A stretch of DNA of 64,000 nucleotides from Convolutriloba macropyga. Its lineage: Eukaryota. How positions within the stretch are numbered: position 1 is the first letter of the stretch; every line of letters begins with the position of its first letter. A model generated the notes under the pieces. It saw only the letters and a program-made list of their open reading frames with translations. It was not told the DNA's origin and searched no databases. The stretch spans positions 35,898,001-35,962,000 of the forward strand of contig NC_134480.1 in NCBI RefSeq assembly GCF_964194025.1. Direction: 5' to 3'. Of the stretch, positions 61,131 through 64,000 are shown in pieces. The position numbers and the translations under genes were made by a program.

Positions 61131-64000
61131 CACTACAATTAAATTTATTATTTAAACTTATTATATGTTAATTCTATCTATTATATTATAACCAATAAAT
61201 TTTTAATTTTCAAGTTTTGTCATCTTTACTTGAAGTTTCTGATAGTTTTCGTTTTGGTTTAGGAATTTAGTCTCATAAGCCCAAATGCAGTTTTGGGCCT
61301 CTAATTGATCACTTTTTTCGTTTTACATAAGTCACTATTTTCACGCTTGACTTCTGAATGACCTCACTCACTGTTTCATTTGAATGAATTTTAAATTCTT
61401 TCACGCATTAACTTATGCAATATAGTGAATACGGTCAAAGTCAAAAGAGCAAAATCGACGAAACGGGATGAACCGATAAAGCCCGGTCATTAAGTAATTG
61501 AGAATTAGGTTTTCAGAGTTCATTAGAGTGTTTGCTAGCTGATATCGGTATTAAGTTTATAAGCTTTCAGTTTAGAAGCTGAATTAAGTATAGTTTTAGA
61601 ATCTAAGTGAAACTGCACTCTAAATTAGAACAGTTTTCGAAAATGAAAAAAAAAAAAAACAGACAAAAAATCACAATTTGTCTTTTTTTCTGTTTCAATC
61701 CCGATGTGCATCAAGCGCGTCAACGGCGGCTATTTTACGGCAATTTGATGGTTATTATTAATTATAGCCGCGAACAATTAATCAAGGCTTGTCTCGACGT
61801 GGATTTTTTAAATCTTTCAATTGTATTCAAATTTTACGGTGTACGTTTTGGTGAAATTTCAAAAGAGCCGTAGTTTTCAATGAATTTTGAAGCGTCAATG
61901 AGTTTCTGTACAGAAGCTGAGTTTCATTGTGATTCTGCTTTAAAATTTTGAGCCGCAGTTTTCAGTTTTGTTAGCAGGATTTTGTTTTTGTTTGTTCATG
62001 TGTCACTTTCATTTTTTCGTTCTTGTGTGATGTTAGTTCATGTGTGATGTTCGTTCATGTCTGATGTTCATTCATTTATTCATGCTCGCAGAGTTTGACT
62101 TTTGCTCTTGGATTTAAACGGCAAGAACACCTTATAAATGTTAGGTGGTTAATCTTCATTTAGTCATTTAAATCTTGAAAGGGCTCTGTTTGTCGCGAAT
62201 TATTTTTTTTGGTATAAAAATTGCGCCAAATGTGTTTCTGTCTGTTGAACTTTGACTAATAACTAGTTGTCGTTGTCAATTTTTTTTGGCTTGCTGGTTG
62301 TTTTAGAGCAATTCTCCCGACGTTGTTTTATTTTGAATTGAAAGATTTTTCAATTGATGGTCATTAGATATGTACTGAAATTTGATGTGGAAAAGTGTGT
62401 TACTAGTTTTGCAAATGATATCGATTGATCGTGAGAAATTTCAGAGAACGGTTAAGAGAAATATTTTTTGCAGTGTGTATCAAATTTTTTCGAACCAAAA
62501 TTTACAGCTTTGTTGTTCTCTTGAGTAATAGAGTTGCGATAAGAGGTACTGATATCCATGTCAATCGTATTGAAAAATCTGTCAAATTTTAGGATTTCAA
62601 CTTAGAAACGTTTGATTTACTTTGGAACTTTGCAGTTTAGCTTGGTGAAGAGCATTTTTAACGCTCACTACTGGGCCGACATGTCACATTTTCTAAGGAA
62701 ATACGGGAAGACAAATGATAGGCTGTTCTTTTTCAGTAATAATCAACACCCCTTTTTACGGGTTGTAGAAAAAGCTTTGCGTGAGAGATCTAATTAAAAG
62801 TGGAATTTGTTTCCAAAAAGAGTCAATTTGCATTCGTTCAAAATGTGCCCAATAGGAAATTTTTTAAACTTTGTATGGAAAACACTCAGGAGAATGTTAA
62901 ACTTTATAAAAAATATTTCCAAAAACTTGTTTGAAATGACTGTTATATATACCAAGCTTTACGAACTAAAACATTTTGTAGCAATTGCCATTTTTCAAAC
63001 GATCGTTGCACGAAAAGCCTAAAAATTTAATAATTTGTTTTCAAGAAATTTTTTAACTTAGGAAAGACTTGAGCGGTATTTTTTCAACAATTTAAGAGGA
63101 TGAAGCTAGACATCATTGATTTCGAAGGTTTTTGCCTTTTTAAGAACTGAGCAAGGCGCCGACACGTTGTGGCATAAATTGTTTAAAATTTGAGCCCCAT
63201 CTGTCTATGTTTGGCCCTTAGAAGACTTCTCTTTCCAAAATCTTTAAAAACTGAAAACTGTTAAAAGATGTGAGACAAAATTTCGGCCTTTTATGTGGGG
63301 TTTCTAGGGTGGAAAGAAAACTGAATCCACTGTTTTTCTATTGCGCAGGCGGGATTTCTCGATGCTCCAGTATGCTACTGAATAACGAAGATGTCGAGAT
63401 CTTTCTTAATTCACGTTTGTAATTTTTCCAAATTTTGTTAAGGTATTCATCAATTATCAAGCGAATTTTTTGAGGAACTCAAAATTCTTGAAGATTTTAG
63501 TCCTAGATGCGAGCTAAAAGGAAAAAAATAGTGTAATTTTTCTCAGAGTTATTTTTCTCATTAATGCCCTCATAATTATCTGCAGTTGAAATCGATTCGA
63601 CAATCATTTTGTCAAAAAAATGTGCTAGTTGACTTGATTAAACAACAGCAATAATTTTGAAACTTTTACTACCAGTTGCAGATTTTCTTTTCAAAAATCA
63701 AGATTTAGTTACTCCCCAGTTTGCTGTCCAAAAGTACACGTTTCATGAAATGTAACGCAAAGTTTTGGATGCTTAAATTTTTTTGAAAGCAGACAAATAT
63801 AACGAAAGTGATTCGTGAAAGCTCATAATGATATCGGACGTGAAGCTTCGATTTATTAAAAGCAATTTTTTGTTTCAGTTCGTTGTTAGTTGCTCTCGAA
63901 AGTTTTTTTCATGTATTTTAAGCGTGTGTCTTTTTATGCTAAGTTTTGTTGTCTTCTAGAACATTCTTTAGATTTCGCTCATCGATCGACTTTTTCACGC

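Overview
AT-rich, repeat-dense eukaryotic (metazoan, probably invertebrate) genomic DNA with GT-AG introns; no prokaryotic features or CRISPR. Four host genes can be supported: (1) the first two coding exons of an ABCA-family transporter on the minus strand (8542-8412 and 893-686, running off the window start; exon 1 is absent from the ORF track); (2) an intronless MAGE/NSE3-type gene (13050-12172, minus); (3) a 5-exon BAHD1-like BAH-domain gene (33760-38649, plus); (4) the first 11 exons of ATG2 (41572-60494, plus, continuing beyond the window). Most of the rest is transposon-derived. There is a structurally complete but stop-interrupted Ty3/gypsy (Mag-like) LTR element (15179-22432, CAGGG target duplication) nested inside a decayed BEL/Pao element, a second decayed copy of the same gypsy family on the minus strand, a gag-only remnant and a LINE 3' fragment. 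There is also a dense cluster of GG-terminated MITEs with 8-bp target duplications, a possible Merlin-like transposase relic, SINE-like repeats and a ~4.5-kb tandem array in an ATG2 intron. The most unusual observation is a ~420-aa in-frame insert between RNase H and integrase of the gypsy Pol, built from a 102-bp/34-aa tandem repeat. All exon boundaries and alignments were read by eye; no database search was run.
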